NCBI GenBank assembly: GCA_963720545.1
Contig: OY970399.1
Coordinates: 1,664,001-1,728,000 of the forward strand
From: an uncultured Acidobacteriota bacterium
Lineage (GTDB): Bacteria > Acidobacteriota > Vicinamibacteria > Fen-336
Reading direction: 5' to 3'
Length of the DNA: 64,000 bases
Part shown: one piece after another, positions 1 to 10,010 of the stretch
Numbering within the stretch: position 1 is the first letter of the stretch
How the letters are laid out: each line of letters opens with the position of its first letter
Program-made: the position numbers and the translations under genes
The notes under the pieces: model-generated
What the model saw: only the letters and a program-made list of their open reading frames with translations
Told to the model about the DNA's origin: nothing
Database searches by the model: none

Positions 1-2
1 AA

Positions 3-431
3 GCGCCGGCGGAGATCGCCTCTCTGCCGGCGGTGAGCGCGGCGGGACTCAGCGGCGAACCGCTGCAGCTTGCCGGGCTGAAGGACAAGGTGGTGCTGGT
101 CGAGTTCTGGGCCACCTGGTGCCCGCCGTGCCGCTCCACGCTGCAGTGGCTCGGCGAGCTGAAGAAACAATACGGCGACAAGCTCGAGGTGGTTGCGTTC
201 GCGGTCGAGTCGCCCGACGACCAGGTGCGCAGCCTGGTCGCGCAGCTGAGCCCCGAGGTGCGCTGGGCCATCGCGAGCCCGGAGCTGGCCCGCGAGTTCG
301 GCGACGTCTCAGCGGTGCCGACGCTCTTCGTCTTCGATGGCACGGGGCGCACCGCCCGGATCGCCTACGGCGCTCCGCCCGACCTGCACGACACGGTCGG
401 CAAGCTGGTCGCGGAGTTGACGCAGCGCTAG
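3..431 (+). CDS. TlpA/ResA-like thioredoxin-fold disulfide reductase (5' truncated by window edge)
   Basis: KVVLVEFWATWCPPC CxxC motif and cis-Pro VPT; frame is open back to the window start. Confidence 0.85.
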   Translation, partial: APAEIASLPAVSAAGLSGEPLQLAGLKDKVVLVEFWATWCPPCRSTLQWLGELKKQYGDKLEVVAFAVESPDDQVRSLVAQLSPEVRWAIASPELAREFGDVSAVPTLFVFDGTGRTARIAYGAPPDLHDTVGKLVAELTQR

Positions 432-451
432 ATCTGCTAACTTCTGCGGCC

Positions 452-1648
452 ATGACCATGACCACCCGCAGAGAGCTGTTGCTGTCGGCACTCGGCGCCT
501 CGAGCGCCGCGCTCCTCCCCCGCTTCGCGCGTGCCGCACAAGCCCCGGCTGCGGCCGCGGCGGCGCCGGCCAGGAACTATTCGGCGCGCGCGGTGACATT
601 GGTCCGCGAAACGACGGTCATCGACATGCTGAGCCCGTTCTCGCTCGACTTCGACACGCTCGCGAAGTGGACCGCGAACCCGGAGATGTTCACCTCTGCC
701 ATGCTGCAGCGCTACCTCGATTCGGGGATCAACGTCTTCCACATCGCGGTGGGCACCGGCGGCCAGAACGCCTACGACGAGACGCTGCAGTTCGTCGCCG
801 GCTGGGACTCGTTCATCGCCGGCCAGGACGGCGCGTTAATGCGCATCGACAGCAGCGGCGACTTCGACCGCGTGAAGGCCGCACGCAAGGCCGGCATCCT
901 GGTGGGCGTGCAGAACTCGGAGCATTTCCGCAAGCCTGACGACGTCGACCTGTTCCACGGCCTCGGGCAGCGGGTTTCGCAACTCACCTACAACAGCCGC
1001 AACCTGATCGGCGACGGCTCCACCGAGCGCACCAATGCCGGCCTCAGCGACTTCGGCGTCGCCATCGTCGAGCGCATGAACAAGGTCGGCATGGCGGTCG
1101 ACGTCTCGCATTCGGGAGAAGCCACCTCGATCGACGCCTGCACCGTCTCGAAAAGGCCGGTGCTGTTCACGCACGCGAATGCGCGCGCCCTCAACCCGAA
1201 GCAGCCGCGCTGCAAGAGCGACGAGGCGATCAAGGCGATGGCAAAGAGCGGCGGCGTCATGGGCATCACCGGCGTGCGCATGTTCGTGAAGCCGGACGAG
1301 CCCACCACCATCGAGCACGTGCTCGACCACTACGACCACGTCCGCGACCTGGTGGGCGTCGAGCACCTCGGCATCGGCAGCGACATCGACCTCGACGGCT
1401 ACGACGACATGCCGCCCGAACTCAACAAGCAGCTGCGCGCGGGCTACAAGGCGAGCTACGCGTTCCGCGACAAGATCGACATCGAGGGGCTCGACCACCC
1501 GAAGCGCGTCTACGACCTCACCGAGGGCCTGATCTCGCGCAAGTACGCGGACGAACAGATCCGCGGCATCCTCGGCGGCAACTTCCAGCGAGCGCTCGGC
1601 GAGATCTGGAAGCCGCAGCCGGCAGCGGCGGAAGCGCCGAAGAAGTAG
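452..1648 (+). CDS. Membrane dipeptidase (peptidase M19) with Tat signal peptide
   Basis: TRRELL Tat motif; QLTYN, VDVSH, FTHANARAL, HLGIGSD motifs. Confidence 0.85.
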   Translation: MTMTTRRELLLSALGASSAALLPRFARAAQAPAAAAAAPARNYSARAVTLVRETTVIDMLSPFSLDFDTLAKWTANPEMFTSAMLQRYLDSGINVFHIAVGTGGQNAYDETLQFVAGWDSFIAGQDGALMRIDSSGDFDRVKAARKAGILVGVQNSEHFRKPDDVDLFHGLGQRVSQLTYNSRNLIGDGSTERTNAGLSDFGVAIVERMNKVGMAVDVSHSGEATSIDACTVSKRPVLFTHANARALNPKQPRCKSDEAIKAMAKSGGVMGITGVRMFVKPDEPTTIEHVLDHYDHVRDLVGVEHLGIGSDIDLDGYDDMPPELNKQLRAGYKASYAFRDKIDIEGLDHPKRVYDLTEGLISRKYADEQIRGILGGNFQRALGEIWKPQPAAAEAPKK

Positions 1649-1655
1649 GGCCGGC

Positions 1656-2246
1656 TCAGGAGCCGGCTTTGGTCAGCTCCTGCAGCACCAGCTTGGCGAC
1701 GCCGCGCAGCGTGTCGAAGACGCCTACGCCCTTCGATGCGACCGCCTCGATGACCGGCTCGTGGTCGCGCAGCAGGTGGCGCTTCAGGTCGTCGAGCGGC
1801 AGCGCGGTGGGCAGGTCGCGCTTGTTGAGTTGCAGCACGTAAGGCACGGCGTCGAGGTCGTAGCCCTGCAGCTTCAGGTTATGGCCGAGGTTGTCGAGCG
1901 ACTCGAGGTTCGCGTCGAGGCGCTCTTCCTGGCTGTCGGCCACGAACACCACCCCGTCGACGCCCTTGAGGATGAGCTTGCGGCTCGCGTCGTAGAACAC
2001 CTGGCCGGGAACCGTATAGAGGTGGAAGCGCGTCTTGAAGCCGCGCACCGTGCCGAGCTCGAGCGGCAGGAAGTCGAAGAACAGGGTGCGGTCGGTCTCG
2101 GTGGCGAGCGAGATGAGCTTGCCCTTGGCGTTGGGGTTGGTCTTGTCGTAGACGTACTGCAGGTTCGTGGTCTTGCCGCAAAGGCCCGGCCCGTAGTAAA
2201 CGATCTTGCAGTTGATCTCGCGCGACGCGTAGTTGATGAAGGTCAT
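1656..2246 (-). CDS. mglA: MglA small GTPase (motility/polarity switch)
   Basis: [45 protein letters not shown]; true start ATG 2246 lies inside the long 668 aa ORF. Confidence 0.96.
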   Translation of the reverse strand: MTFINYASREINCKIVYYGPGLCGKTTNLQYVYDKTNPNAKGKLISLATETDRTLFFDFLPLELGTVRGFKTRFHLYTVPGQVFYDASRKLILKGVDGVVFVADSQEERLDANLESLDNLGHNLKLQGYDLDAVPYVLQLNKRDLPTALPLDDLKRHLLRDHEPVIEAVASKGVGVFDTLRGVAKLVLQELTKAGS

Positions 2247-2263
2247 GGGTGCGTGGAGGTCGC

Positions 2264-2764
2264 CTACTCGCCGCTGAACAAGCTGTCGATGTCCTCGTCG
2301 GTGATCTCGGCGAACGGGCTGTCGAAGCGCCCGCTTGCCGCTTTCTCCGTCTCGAGCTTGCTCATCATCTTGGTGAAGATGTCCGTCAGCTCCACCGAAG
2401 CCTTCTTCACGCGCAGGCGCACGAGTCCGAGGCTCGAACGCTCGTCGAAGATGACCACGAGGATTACCCGCTGCGCCACCACGGAGATGTGGATGTTGTC
2501 CTTCTCGCCCTCGTGGAACAGGATCGAGAACTCCTTTTCGCCGATCAGCTTGGCGAGGCCGTCGGTCGCCGCCACGTTGCCCGCGGTCAGCGAGGCGAGC
2601 GAGGTGGTGTCGAGGTCGGCGGTGTCGCCATGCGAGGCGATCTGCTGCCCATTCTTGTCGACCAGGAAGACCACCTTGGCATTCGCATCGGCGCGCAGCT
2701 TGCCGATGACGTGCTTGATCTGGTTGAATTCCTCCTCGTACATGACGATGTCGGGAGACGGCAT
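2264..2764 (-). CDS. mglB: MglB roadblock/LC7 GAP
   Basis: [42 protein letters not shown]; directly upstream of mglA. Confidence 0.95.
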   Translation of the reverse strand: MPSPDIVMYEEEFNQIKHVIGKLRADANAKVVFLVDKNGQQIASHGDTADLDTTSLASLTAGNVAATDGLAKLIGEKEFSILFHEGEKDNIHISVVAQRVILVVIFDERSSLGLVRLRVKKASVELTDIFTKMMSKLETEKAASGRFDSPFAEITDEDIDSLFSGE

Positions 2765-2875
2765 TCGGACAGCAACCTCCAGTGATGACGGCTCGGGGGA
2801 GTCTAGCGCGCTTTGGCCGCTTCCCCGCTTCTACGCGCGTGACGGCGCTCACGCCGCGCGCGGCGGCCGGAGGCG

Positions 2876-3472
2876 CTAGAAGTCGCGCCGCCCCGATATG
2901 GAACGGGCCATCGTGACCTCGTCGGCCCAGTCGAGATCGGACCCCACCGGCACCCCCATGGCGATGCGGGTGAGCTTCGGGCCGAGCGGCCGCAGCAGGC
3001 GCGCCAGGTAGGCGGCCGTCGCCTCGCCTTCCACGGTGGGCGAGGTCGCAAGCAGCACCTCCTCCACCCCGCCCGCGCGCACGCGCTCGATGAGGCCACC
3101 GATCTTCAGGTCGTCCGGGCCCACCCCGGAGAGCGGTGAGAGCACTCCCTGCAGCACGTGGTAGCGGCCCTTGAACTCGTGGGTGCGCTCGACGCTCATG
3201 ATGTTGTGGGCTTCCTCGACCACGCAGATGAAGCGGTCGGAGCGGTTCACGTCCGAGCACCAGCCGCAAACCTCCTGGTCGGTGATGGCGTTGCAGATGC
3301 GGCACGAGCGCAGGCTGTCGAGCAGCGTGCCCACCGCGTTCGCAAGCCGCGTGGCGTCGTCCTTCGAACCCTTCAGCAGGTGGAAGGCGATGCGCTGTGC
3401 CGATTTCGGCCCGATCCCCGGCAGGCGTTTCAACTCGTCGACGAGGCGCTGCAGCGGTGCGGGAAATTCCAT
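2876..3472 (-). CDS. recR: Recombination mediator RecR
   Basis: [11 protein letters not shown]hH, C4 zinc finger, Toprim GRYHVLQG and VEGEATA. Confidence 0.97.
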   Translation of the reverse strand: MEFPAPLQRLVDELKRLPGIGPKSAQRIAFHLLKGSKDDATRLANAVGTLLDSLRSCRICNAITDQEVCGWCSDVNRSDRFICVVEEAHNIMSVERTHEFKGRYHVLQGVLSPLSGVGPDDLKIGGLIERVRAGGVEEVLLATSPTVEGEATAAYLARLLRPLGPKLTRIAMGVPVGSDLDWADEVTMARSISGRRDF

Positions 3473-3525
3473 CGCGGAGCGGCCATTCTAGACGCGCTCG
3501 CGCCGCGGTCCCTTTCTCCCTGGCG

Positions 3526-3565
3526 CAAAAAGAAACGGCCGGCGCCCTTGCGGACAGCCGGCCGT
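3526..3565 (-). terminator. Intrinsic terminator after the TonB receptor
   Basis: ACGGCCGGC/GCCGGCCGT stem (3535-3565) followed on the minus strand by TTCTTTTT. Confidence 0.75.
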
Positions 3566-3606
3566 GATGCTGCGAACAGCCATGCGGGAACTCGCCCGCG
3601 GCGGCG

Positions 3607-6600
3607 CTACCAGATGAGGCGGACGCCGACCTGCGCCTGGCGCGGGTCGCCGAGGCCGGCACGGATGGTGCCGTCGAAGTTGAAGATCAGGTTGGTCGTC
3701 TGCGGCGTCAGCAGGTTCTTGCTGTTGAGCAGGTTGAACACCTCGAAGATCGGTTCGAGGGCCACACGCTCGTTGAGCCGGAACTCGCGCGACAGGCGCA
3801 GGTCGACCGACGAGTAGGTGTTGTCCTTGCGGCCGCTGTTGCGTTCGACGATGGAGCCGTCAGCGCGGATGCGGTCGGACGCCGGACCGAACGGCGTCGC
3901 CGAAATATCGCCGTTCGCGGCCAGGGACACCGGCTGCGCGGAGCGGTACGAGTAGCGCAGGTTGATGTTGACGTCGCCCGGCCCCTTCCAGACCGCGAAG
4001 CCGTTGAAGCGATGGCGCTGGTCGCGGTCGGAATAGCCGTACTCGGCGTCGAGGTTGTTGATGTTGATGTAGCGGTAGGTGAACGGGTCGCGCTCGTTGT
4101 CGTCGTCCGACTTGTCCCAGGACAGCGTGTAGTTGGCCTGGAACTGGAAGTTGTCGGCGTAGCGGCGGTTCAGCCCCAGGGTGATGCCCTTGTAGGTACT
4201 GCGCGCGTTCGACGCCACCACGGTCAGGCCGGCGCTACCGGACGTGCCCGCCGAGATGCCATTGGTGCCGCCGGGGCCGATGCCGGTGGTCCAGGGGCTG
4301 CCGAACACGGCGTCGTTGCCTTCCTGGAAGCGCGTGATGTGCTGGCCCTTGGAGTAGTTGAACTGCACCAGCGCCGCGAGGTTCGGGACCAACTCGCGTT
4401 CGACGCCGATGGAGCCCGACCAGGTGCGCGGGTTGGAGAAGTCCTTGTCGAAGACGAAGACGCCGGGATGGTCGGGTACCTCATTGGCGGCCGGGGCCGG
4501 CACCAGGCTGGTGTACGCAGGCGGGGTCACGCCGAAGCCGTTGAAGAAGCTGGCGCGGAATATGTTCTGGCCGCGGCTGCCGTTCGTGGAGCGCGACGAG
4601 GCGAGCGACAGGCCAGGAATGCGCCCGTAGAACAACCCGCCGTTGAGGCGCACCACGGTGCGGCCGTCGCCCTTGGGGTCCCAGGTGATGCCGACGCGCG
4701 GCTGGAACATCTTGTAGTCGGATGGGATCTCGCCGTTCGACGGAAATTCGAACGTGCCGAAGGCGTTCGTCACCGACTTGCCGATGAGCGGCGCGTAGAA
4801 CACTTCGGATACGGGCGTGATCATGTCCGCCTGCTTCTGCATCTCCCAGCGCAAGCCATACTGGATGGTCAGCTTGTTGTTGGGCTGCCACTTGTCCTGC
4901 GCGAACAGGGCGAACTCGGTCTGCGGGATGTCCTGGGTGCCGGCTTCGTCCGGGGTCAGGCCGCCGACGCCGACCTGCTGCAAGAAGAGGAGCAGCGGAC
5001 CGGTGATGCCGGTGCCCGCCGGGCAGGTGCCCACCTGCGACGAGGAGCCGTCCGAACACTCGACGTAGCGCGGGTTGGCGGCATAGTTCAGGAAGCCGTC
5101 GGTCGAACCGAAGATGAAGCGGCCGTTCTGGAAGCCGCGGAACGTCTGGTTCGAGTTGACGCGGTTGAACTCGGCCCCGAACTTCATCTGGTGGCGGCCC
5201 CTGATCATCGACAGGTTGTCGTTCAACTGGATGCGCTTGTCGAAGTAGTCGACCGGGATGAAGAACGGCTCGCCGAAGCGGTAGGAACGGCCAAAATCGA
5301 AAGCCGTGTCGGGCAGCGGCCGGCTCTGGCCGGTGATGGACGGGCCGTCGTAGGGCCGCGGCCGCCACTCCTTCGCCCACTGGAAGCGGAACTCGTTGAG
5401 GGTGGTCGCCGACAGGTTCGAGATGGCCGAACCGGTGACCGCGTGCGAGTAGTCCTTTTCGGTGGCGTTGGCGCTCACGCCCCACGAGTCGACGTCGAAG
5501 GTGCCGTTCTTCTGCTCTGACCAGGTGTAGTTGTAGCGCACGGTCAGGAGGGTGCTGGAGCTTGCCTGGTAGTCGATCTTGCCGAGGAACACGCGCGCGT
5601 CGTTGGTGCGCTCGATCGGGCCGTTCTCGTTCGGGCTGCCGAGGTTCGCGAAGAAGTCCACGAGGCGCTGCTCGATGCGGGTGGGGTCGGTCTGCTTGGT
5701 GCTGCTCGCGTTCTGGTAGTCGAGCGCCAGGAAGTAGAACGCCTTGTCCTTTTGCAGCGGCCCGCCGAGCGTGAAGCCGCTCTGCAGCTGGTTCGAGTCG
5801 AACTTGTCGCCCTTGGTGCCGTCGGCTTTCTTGGGCGCCGACGAGAGGCTGTCGTTCTTGAAGAAGACGTGCGCCGTGCCGTGGGTCTCGTTGGTGCCCG
5901 ACTTGGTGACGACCGTGACGAAGCCGCCGTTGCTGCGGCCGAACTCGGCGTTGGCGCCCTCGGCGACGACCACCAGCTCCTTGACCGCGTCGAGGTTGAA
6001 CGTGAACGCGGGGCGCTGGCCGCCCCGCTGTTCGCCGAAGAACGGGTTGTTGAAGTCGGCGCCGTCCACCGAGATGTTGTTGGCGATGCCCTTCTGGCCG
6101 TTGATCGACAGCTCGTCGCCGTCGGGGCCCTGCACGATCGCGACTCCCGGAGTGAGCTTGGTGAAGTCGAGGAAGTTGCGGCCGTTGTTCGGCAGGCCCT
6201 TGATCGAGCGCTGGTCGATGAGCGTCGAGCCCTCGGCGCGCGCGGTGTCGACGACCGGCAGCTCGCCGGTGACGACCACTTCTTCCTGCACCGCCGACAC
6301 CTTGAGGCTCAGCCGCAGGTTGACGGCCTGGCCGACCGCGAGGTCGATGCCTTCGCGGATGACGGTGGCGAAGCCGGTGAGCGAAGCGACCACGCGATAC
6401 GGGCCGAGCGGCAGCAGCAGGCCGCGGAAACGGCCGTCCGCATCGGTCGCCACGACGCGTTCGAAGTTGGTGCCCGTGTTGCGGATCGTGACGTTGACGC
6501 CAGGGACGGGCGCGCCTGATTCGTCGACGACCGTGCCTTCGATGACGCCGGTGGTCGCCTGGGATTGGGCAAACGCACCAGGAGCGAGGGCGCCGAGCAG

Positions 6601-6639
6601 AAGAGCGAAGGTGAGAAACACATGAAACGACTTGCGCAT
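3607..6639 (-). CDS. TonB-dependent receptor, Oar-like, with N-terminal carboxypeptidase-regulatory-like domain
   Basis: Signal peptide, [26 protein letters not shown] plug, C-terminal [20 protein letters not shown]. Confidence 0.92.
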   Translation of the reverse strand: MRKSFHVFLTFALLLGALAPGAFAQSQATTGVIEGTVVDESGAPVPGVNVTIRNTGTNFERVVATDADGRFRGLLLPLGPYRVVASLTGFATVIREGIDLAVGQAVNLRLSLKVSAVQEEVVVTGELPVVDTARAEGSTLIDQRSIKGLPNNGRNFLDFTKLTPGVAIVQGPDGDELSINGQKGIANNISVDGADFNNPFFGEQRGGQRPAFTFNLDAVKELVVVAEGANAEFGRSNGGFVTVVTKSGTNETHGTAHVFFKNDSLSSAPKKADGTKGDKFDSNQLQSGFTLGGPLQKDKAFYFLALDYQNASSTKQTDPTRIEQRLVDFFANLGSPNENGPIERTNDARVFLGKIDYQASSSTLLTVRYNYTWSEQKNGTFDVDSWGVSANATEKDYSHAVTGSAISNLSATTLNEFRFQWAKEWRPRPYDGPSITGQSRPLPDTAFDFGRSYRFGEPFFIPVDYFDKRIQLNDNLSMIRGRHQMKFGAEFNRVNSNQTFRGFQNGRFIFGSTDGFLNYAANPRYVECSDGSSSQVGTCPAGTGITGPLLLFLQQVGVGGLTPDEAGTQDIPQTEFALFAQDKWQPNNKLTIQYGLRWEMQKQADMITPVSEVFYAPLIGKSVTNAFGTFEFPSNGEIPSDYKMFQPRVGITWDPKGDGRTVVRLNGGLFYGRIPGLSLASSRSTNGSRGQNIFRASFFNGFGVTPPAYTSLVPAPAANEVPDHPGVFVFDKDFSNPRTWSGSIGVERELVPNLAALVQFNYSKGQHITRFQEGNDAVFGSPWTTGIGPGGTNGISAGTSGSAGLTVVASNARSTYKGITLGLNRRYADNFQFQANYTLSWDKSDDDNERDPFTYRYININNLDAEYGYSDRDQRHRFNGFAVWKGPGDVNINLRYSYRSAQPVSLAANGDISATPFGPASDRIRADGSIVERNSGRKDNTYSSVDLRLSREFRLNERVALEPIFEVFNLLNSKNLLTPQTTNLIFNFDGTIRAGLGDPRQAQVGVRLIW

Positions 6640-6674
6640 GGCCGCCTCCGGAAAGAGATCTTGCGGCGGCGAGC

Positions 6675-6989
6675 TTACATCAAGCCGGGTATGCGCAGGC
6701 CGCCCGTGAGGGCGCCTAATTTCTCCTTGACGGCGTCGTCCACCTGGCGGGCGGCTTCGTTGACCGCGGCGAGTACAAGATCCTGGAGCATCGCGACATC
6801 GTCCTTGCTGACGGCCTCGGGATCGATGGTGAGGCTCTTCAGGTTTTTCTGGCCGTCCATCACCACCTTGACCACGCCGCCGCCCGAGCTCGCCTCTATT
6901 TGCAGCGCCTCGATTTCGGCCTGGGCGCGCTCCTGCATCTGCTGCATCTGCTTCATGAGCTTGCGGGGATCGCCGAACGGGTTGGCCAC
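6675..6989 (-). CDS. ybaB: YbaB/EbfC nucleoid-associated protein
   Basis: GTG start with AGGAG RBS; MKQMQQMQ, SGGGVVKV, LQDLVLAAVNEA. Confidence 0.93.
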   Translation of the reverse strand: MANPFGDPRKLMKQMQQMQERAQAEIEALQIEASSGGGVVKVVMDGQKNLKSLTIDPEAVSKDDVAMLQDLVLAAVNEAARQVDDAVKEKLGALTGGLRIPGLM

Positions 6990-6999
6990 TGGTGTCTCC

Positions 7000-8694
7000 T
7001 TACTTGGCTTCGCGCACGTCAACGATACGCCCGCCGAACAGGTCGAGCGCCTCGCGCACCGCGGGCTCCTTCGACGCCTCGGCGATGAGCTGTTCCTTGT
7101 TCTTCGCGGCGGTGTCGACGGCGGCCGCCTCGGGCGCCGCGACGGCTCCGTCGCCGGCGATGCGCAGCTTGATCTTCCGCCCCATGGCCTCGCTCGCCAT
7201 CGTTTCGTATTCAGCGGTGTGCATCTGCGCCATCTGCACGAAGGCCGGGTCGAGGAACAGGGTGCAGACGTCGCCGGCGCTCTCGGCGCGGGCGCGGCGC
7301 AGCGGCATGGCGAGCGACGGGCGCGACGCGGTGGCGGCTTGCAGCGCCACCAGCACGTCGTCGTTGCCGACCGTGCCGGTGACCGGCGCCGACGCGGGTG
7401 GCGCTGCCGGCGCTGCGGCCGGTGCCGCACTGGCTCGGGCCGGCGCCGAAGGCGCGGCAGCGGATGCGCGCGCGGGTGCGGCGGCAGCAGGCCGGGGCGC
7501 AGGAACGGCGGCAGCAGGCCGGGGCGCAGGAACGGCGGCCGGCAGCGCGCCCGCGGTTCCCATGACCCGCGCCACCAGCTCGGCGAACGGCACCAGCCGG
7601 CGCAGGTGAGCCATCTTCATCAAGGCAAGTTCCATGGTGACCCGCTGGTCCTGCGCCTGCCGCAGGTCGGTGTCGGCCTTGGCCAGCACGTCGATCATGC
7701 GCAGCAGGTCGTCTTCCGAGAATGCGGTGGCGATGGGCTGCAGGCGCTCTCTTTCCTCGGGAAGCACCTGCGCCAGCAGCGGGCTCTCGTGAGGCGCGAT
7801 CTTCACGAGCAGGATTTCGCGGAAGTGCAGCAGCAGCTCGCGTGCGAAGTTGCGGTGGTCGGCGCCGTAGTCGGAAAGCCGCTCGACGAGGGTCAGCAAG
7901 CGCAGCGCATCGCTCGCCGCAACGGCGGAGGACGCCTCCAGCAACAGCTCGCGGTCGATGAGACCCAGCAGCGCGGTGATGTCTTCGTCGGCAATGTCGT
8001 CGCCGCTGAAGGACAGCACCTGGTCGAAGAGCGACAGCGAGTCGCGGACGCTGCCGTCGGCCGAGCGCGCGATGCGCGCCAGCGCCTCGTCCGAGACCTT
8101 GATGTTCTCGCCCGAGGCGACGGCGCGCAGGTGCGCCTGGATCTCGCGCGCGGGCACCAGACGGAAATCGTACTGCTGGCAGCGCGACAGGATGGTGTCG
8201 GGGATCTTGTGGTACTCGGTGGTGGCGAAGATGAACTTGACCCGCGGCGGCGGCTCTTCGAGCGTCTTCAGCAGCGCGTTGAAGGCGCCGGTGGACAGCA
8301 TGTGCACTTCGTCGATGATCCAGATCTTGTAGCGGTCGCGCGACGGGTTGTAGCGAGCGCTCTCGCGCAGCTCGCGCACCTGCTCGACCCCGTTGTTGGT
8401 GGCGCCGTCGATCTCTTGCACGTCGATGGCCGTGCCGGCCGCCACCTCGACGCACGACGAGCACACGCCGCACGGGTCGGGCGTCGGCGCGTCGCCGCGC
8501 GAGCAGTTGAGCGCCTTCGCGAGGATGCGGGCCGTGGTGGTCTTGCCGACGCCGCGCGCGCCCGACAGCAGGAACGCGTGGCCGATGCGGCCCGAGGCGA
8601 GCGCGTTCTTGAGCGTGCGCACCACGGTCGCCTGGCCGACGATCTCGTCGAACGTCTTCGGTCGCCACTTCCGGGCGAGAACCAGATAGGACAT
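7000..8694 (-). CDS. dnaX: DNA polymerase III subunit gamma/tau
   Basis: MSYLVLARKWRP, GARGVGKTT, IDEVHML, FNALLKTLEEPP, SRC motif. Confidence 0.97.
   Translation of the reverse strand: MSYLVLARKWRPKTFDEIVGQATVVRTLKNALASGRIGHAFLLSGARGVGKTTTARILAKALNCSRGDAPTPDPCGVCSSCVEVAAGTAIDVQEIDGATNNGVEQVRELRESARYNPSRDRYKIWIIDEVHMLSTGAFNALLKTLEEPPPRVKFIFATTEYHKIPDTILSRCQQYDFRLVPAREIQAHLRAVASGENIKVSDEALARIARSADGSVRDSLSLFDQVLSFSGDDIADEDITALLGLIDRELLLEASSAVAASDALRLLTLVERLSDYGADHRNFARELLLHFREILLVKIAPHESPLLAQVLPEERERLQPIATAFSEDDLLRMIDVLAKADTDLRQAQDQRVTMELALMKMAHLRRLVPFAELVARVMGTAGALPAAVPAPRPAAAVPAPRPAAAAPARASAAAPSAPARASAAPAAAPAAPPASAPVTGTVGNDDVLVALQAATASRPSLAMPLRRARAESAGDVCTLFLDPAFVQMAQMHTAEYETMASEAMGRKIKLRIAGDGAVAAPEAAAVDTAAKNKEQLIAEASKEPAVREALDLFGGRIVDVREAK
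7481..7539. repeat. 27-bp tandem repeat (about 2.2 copies) in the dnaX Pro/Ala linker
   Basis: GCGGCAGCAGGCCGGGGCGCAGGAACG at 7481-7507 and 7508-7534. Confidence 0.85.
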
Positions 8695-8735
8695 TGATTT
8701 TCGGGGGTTTCGTGCCGCGACCGGGCCCACGTGAA

Positions 8736-8830
8736 TCCCGGCTGTCCCGCGGCACACCCAGGAGCGCCTGACCGTTGCTCCCTTCCGGGCCTGGCGGGGT
8801 TGGGGCGTCCCACGTTGCGCGGGGCCGGGA
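8736..8830 (-). ncRNA. ffs: Signal recognition particle (4.5S) RNA
   Basis: Minus strand CCAGGCCCGGAAGGGAGCAAC helix-8 signature within a TCCCGG...CCGGGA hairpin, immediately upstream of dnaX. Confidence 0.93.
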
Positions 8831-9066
8831 TCCACGTGCGACCGGCCGCGAACTTCTAGGTTACCCCGAAGGCCTGCGCGGCGAGGACCGCCAGAAAAGA
8901 CTCCGACGAACGGCCCCCGCCCCTCCTCAGATACCGGGAACCGCTCGTCGCGAGACAGATTCGACCGGCTTGCGCCAGGCCGTCCATCTCATGCCGGGAA
9001 GATACGCCCGACGCCCGCGGCAAGTCTTCAGCGAGTTCTCAGGGAATCCTCAAGAGTATCGGGCGC

Positions 9067-9942
9067 TCAGCGGCTGGCGCGGCGCACCACCCAGGCGCCG
9101 AGCAGGCACAGAGCAGCGCCGGCGATGGCGAGTGGCGCGACGCGTTCGCCCAGAACGATCACGCCCAGCAGCAACGCGACGCCCGGCATGAAGAAAGTGG
9201 TGGTGGAAGCGCGGGCGGCGCCGAGGCGGCCGGCGGCCAACGCCGAGAGGACGTTGGCGATTGCGGTGCCGCCGGCGCCGAGCGCCAGGAGCGCCAACAC
9301 CGAACGCAGGGACCAGTGCCGGGCGGCGAGGACGGCCGGCACGCCCAAGGGTGCCGTCAACAACAGCGCGACCGCCTGGGCGCGCCATACGACCGGCAAC
9401 GCACCGTTGCGGATTTGCAGCGGACGGGCGAGGTTGACGGCAACACCGTAGGAAAGCACCGCAACCAGGATCAGCACGATGCCGAGAGCGCTGCTGCGGC
9501 CGGCGCCGATACCGGGCACTGCCATCGCAGCCGCGCCAAGGACGCCGAGCGCGACGCCGGCGAGCACGCCAGGCGTCGGGAAAGTGCGCGCCAGCAGGCT
9601 CGCGACGGCGACGGCGAAGATCGGTGTCGCGGCATTGAGCATCCCGGTGAGCGCGGACGAGACGTGCTGCTCGGCGAACGGAAACATGCTGAGTGGGAAC
9701 GCGAACCAGAGAAGGCCGAGGAGCGCTATACCACCGCGGTCGCTGCGCTCGACCGGTCGGCGTGCGGCCGGAACGAGTGACAAGGTGAGGAACCCGATGA
9801 GGATGCGCAGGAACGTCACGCCGTTTGGTCCCACCGACTCGAGGCCCATGGCGATGAACAGGAACGACGCGCCCCAGATGAGCCCGGGAACGATGATGAG
9901 GAGCCAGTCCGAGAAGCCGGGAGATGCGGTGCGCGCGTTCAT
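9067..9942 (-). CDS. EamA/DMT family transporter
   Basis: IWGASFLF, about 10 hydrophobic segments, C-terminal LGERV motif. Confidence 0.88.
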   Translation of the reverse strand: MNARTASPGFSDWLLIIVPGLIWGASFLFIAMGLESVGPNGVTFLRILIGFLTLSLVPAARRPVERSDRGGIALLGLLWFAFPLSMFPFAEQHVSSALTGMLNAATPIFAVAVASLLARTFPTPGVLAGVALGVLGAAAMAVPGIGAGRSSALGIVLILVAVLSYGVAVNLARPLQIRNGALPVVWRAQAVALLLTAPLGVPAVLAARHWSLRSVLALLALGAGGTAIANVLSALAAGRLGAARASTTTFFMPGVALLLGVIVLGERVAPLAIAGAALCLLGAWVVRRASR

Positions 9943-10010
9943 CGATAGGTAAAAGGATAATGTCCGAAAACCGCGAGCGGAAAACGCCTGAACGTGAGAA
10001 CGTGGCGGAG

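Noticed and set aside
1656..3662. 668-aa ORF suggesting a long MglA fusion
   Set aside because: The upstream part is an off-frame overlay of recR and mglB; MglA starts at 2246
7000..8694. Programmed frameshift in dnaX
   Set aside because: No A-AAA-AAG or long homopolymer slippery site seen; the linker has only a 27-bp duplication
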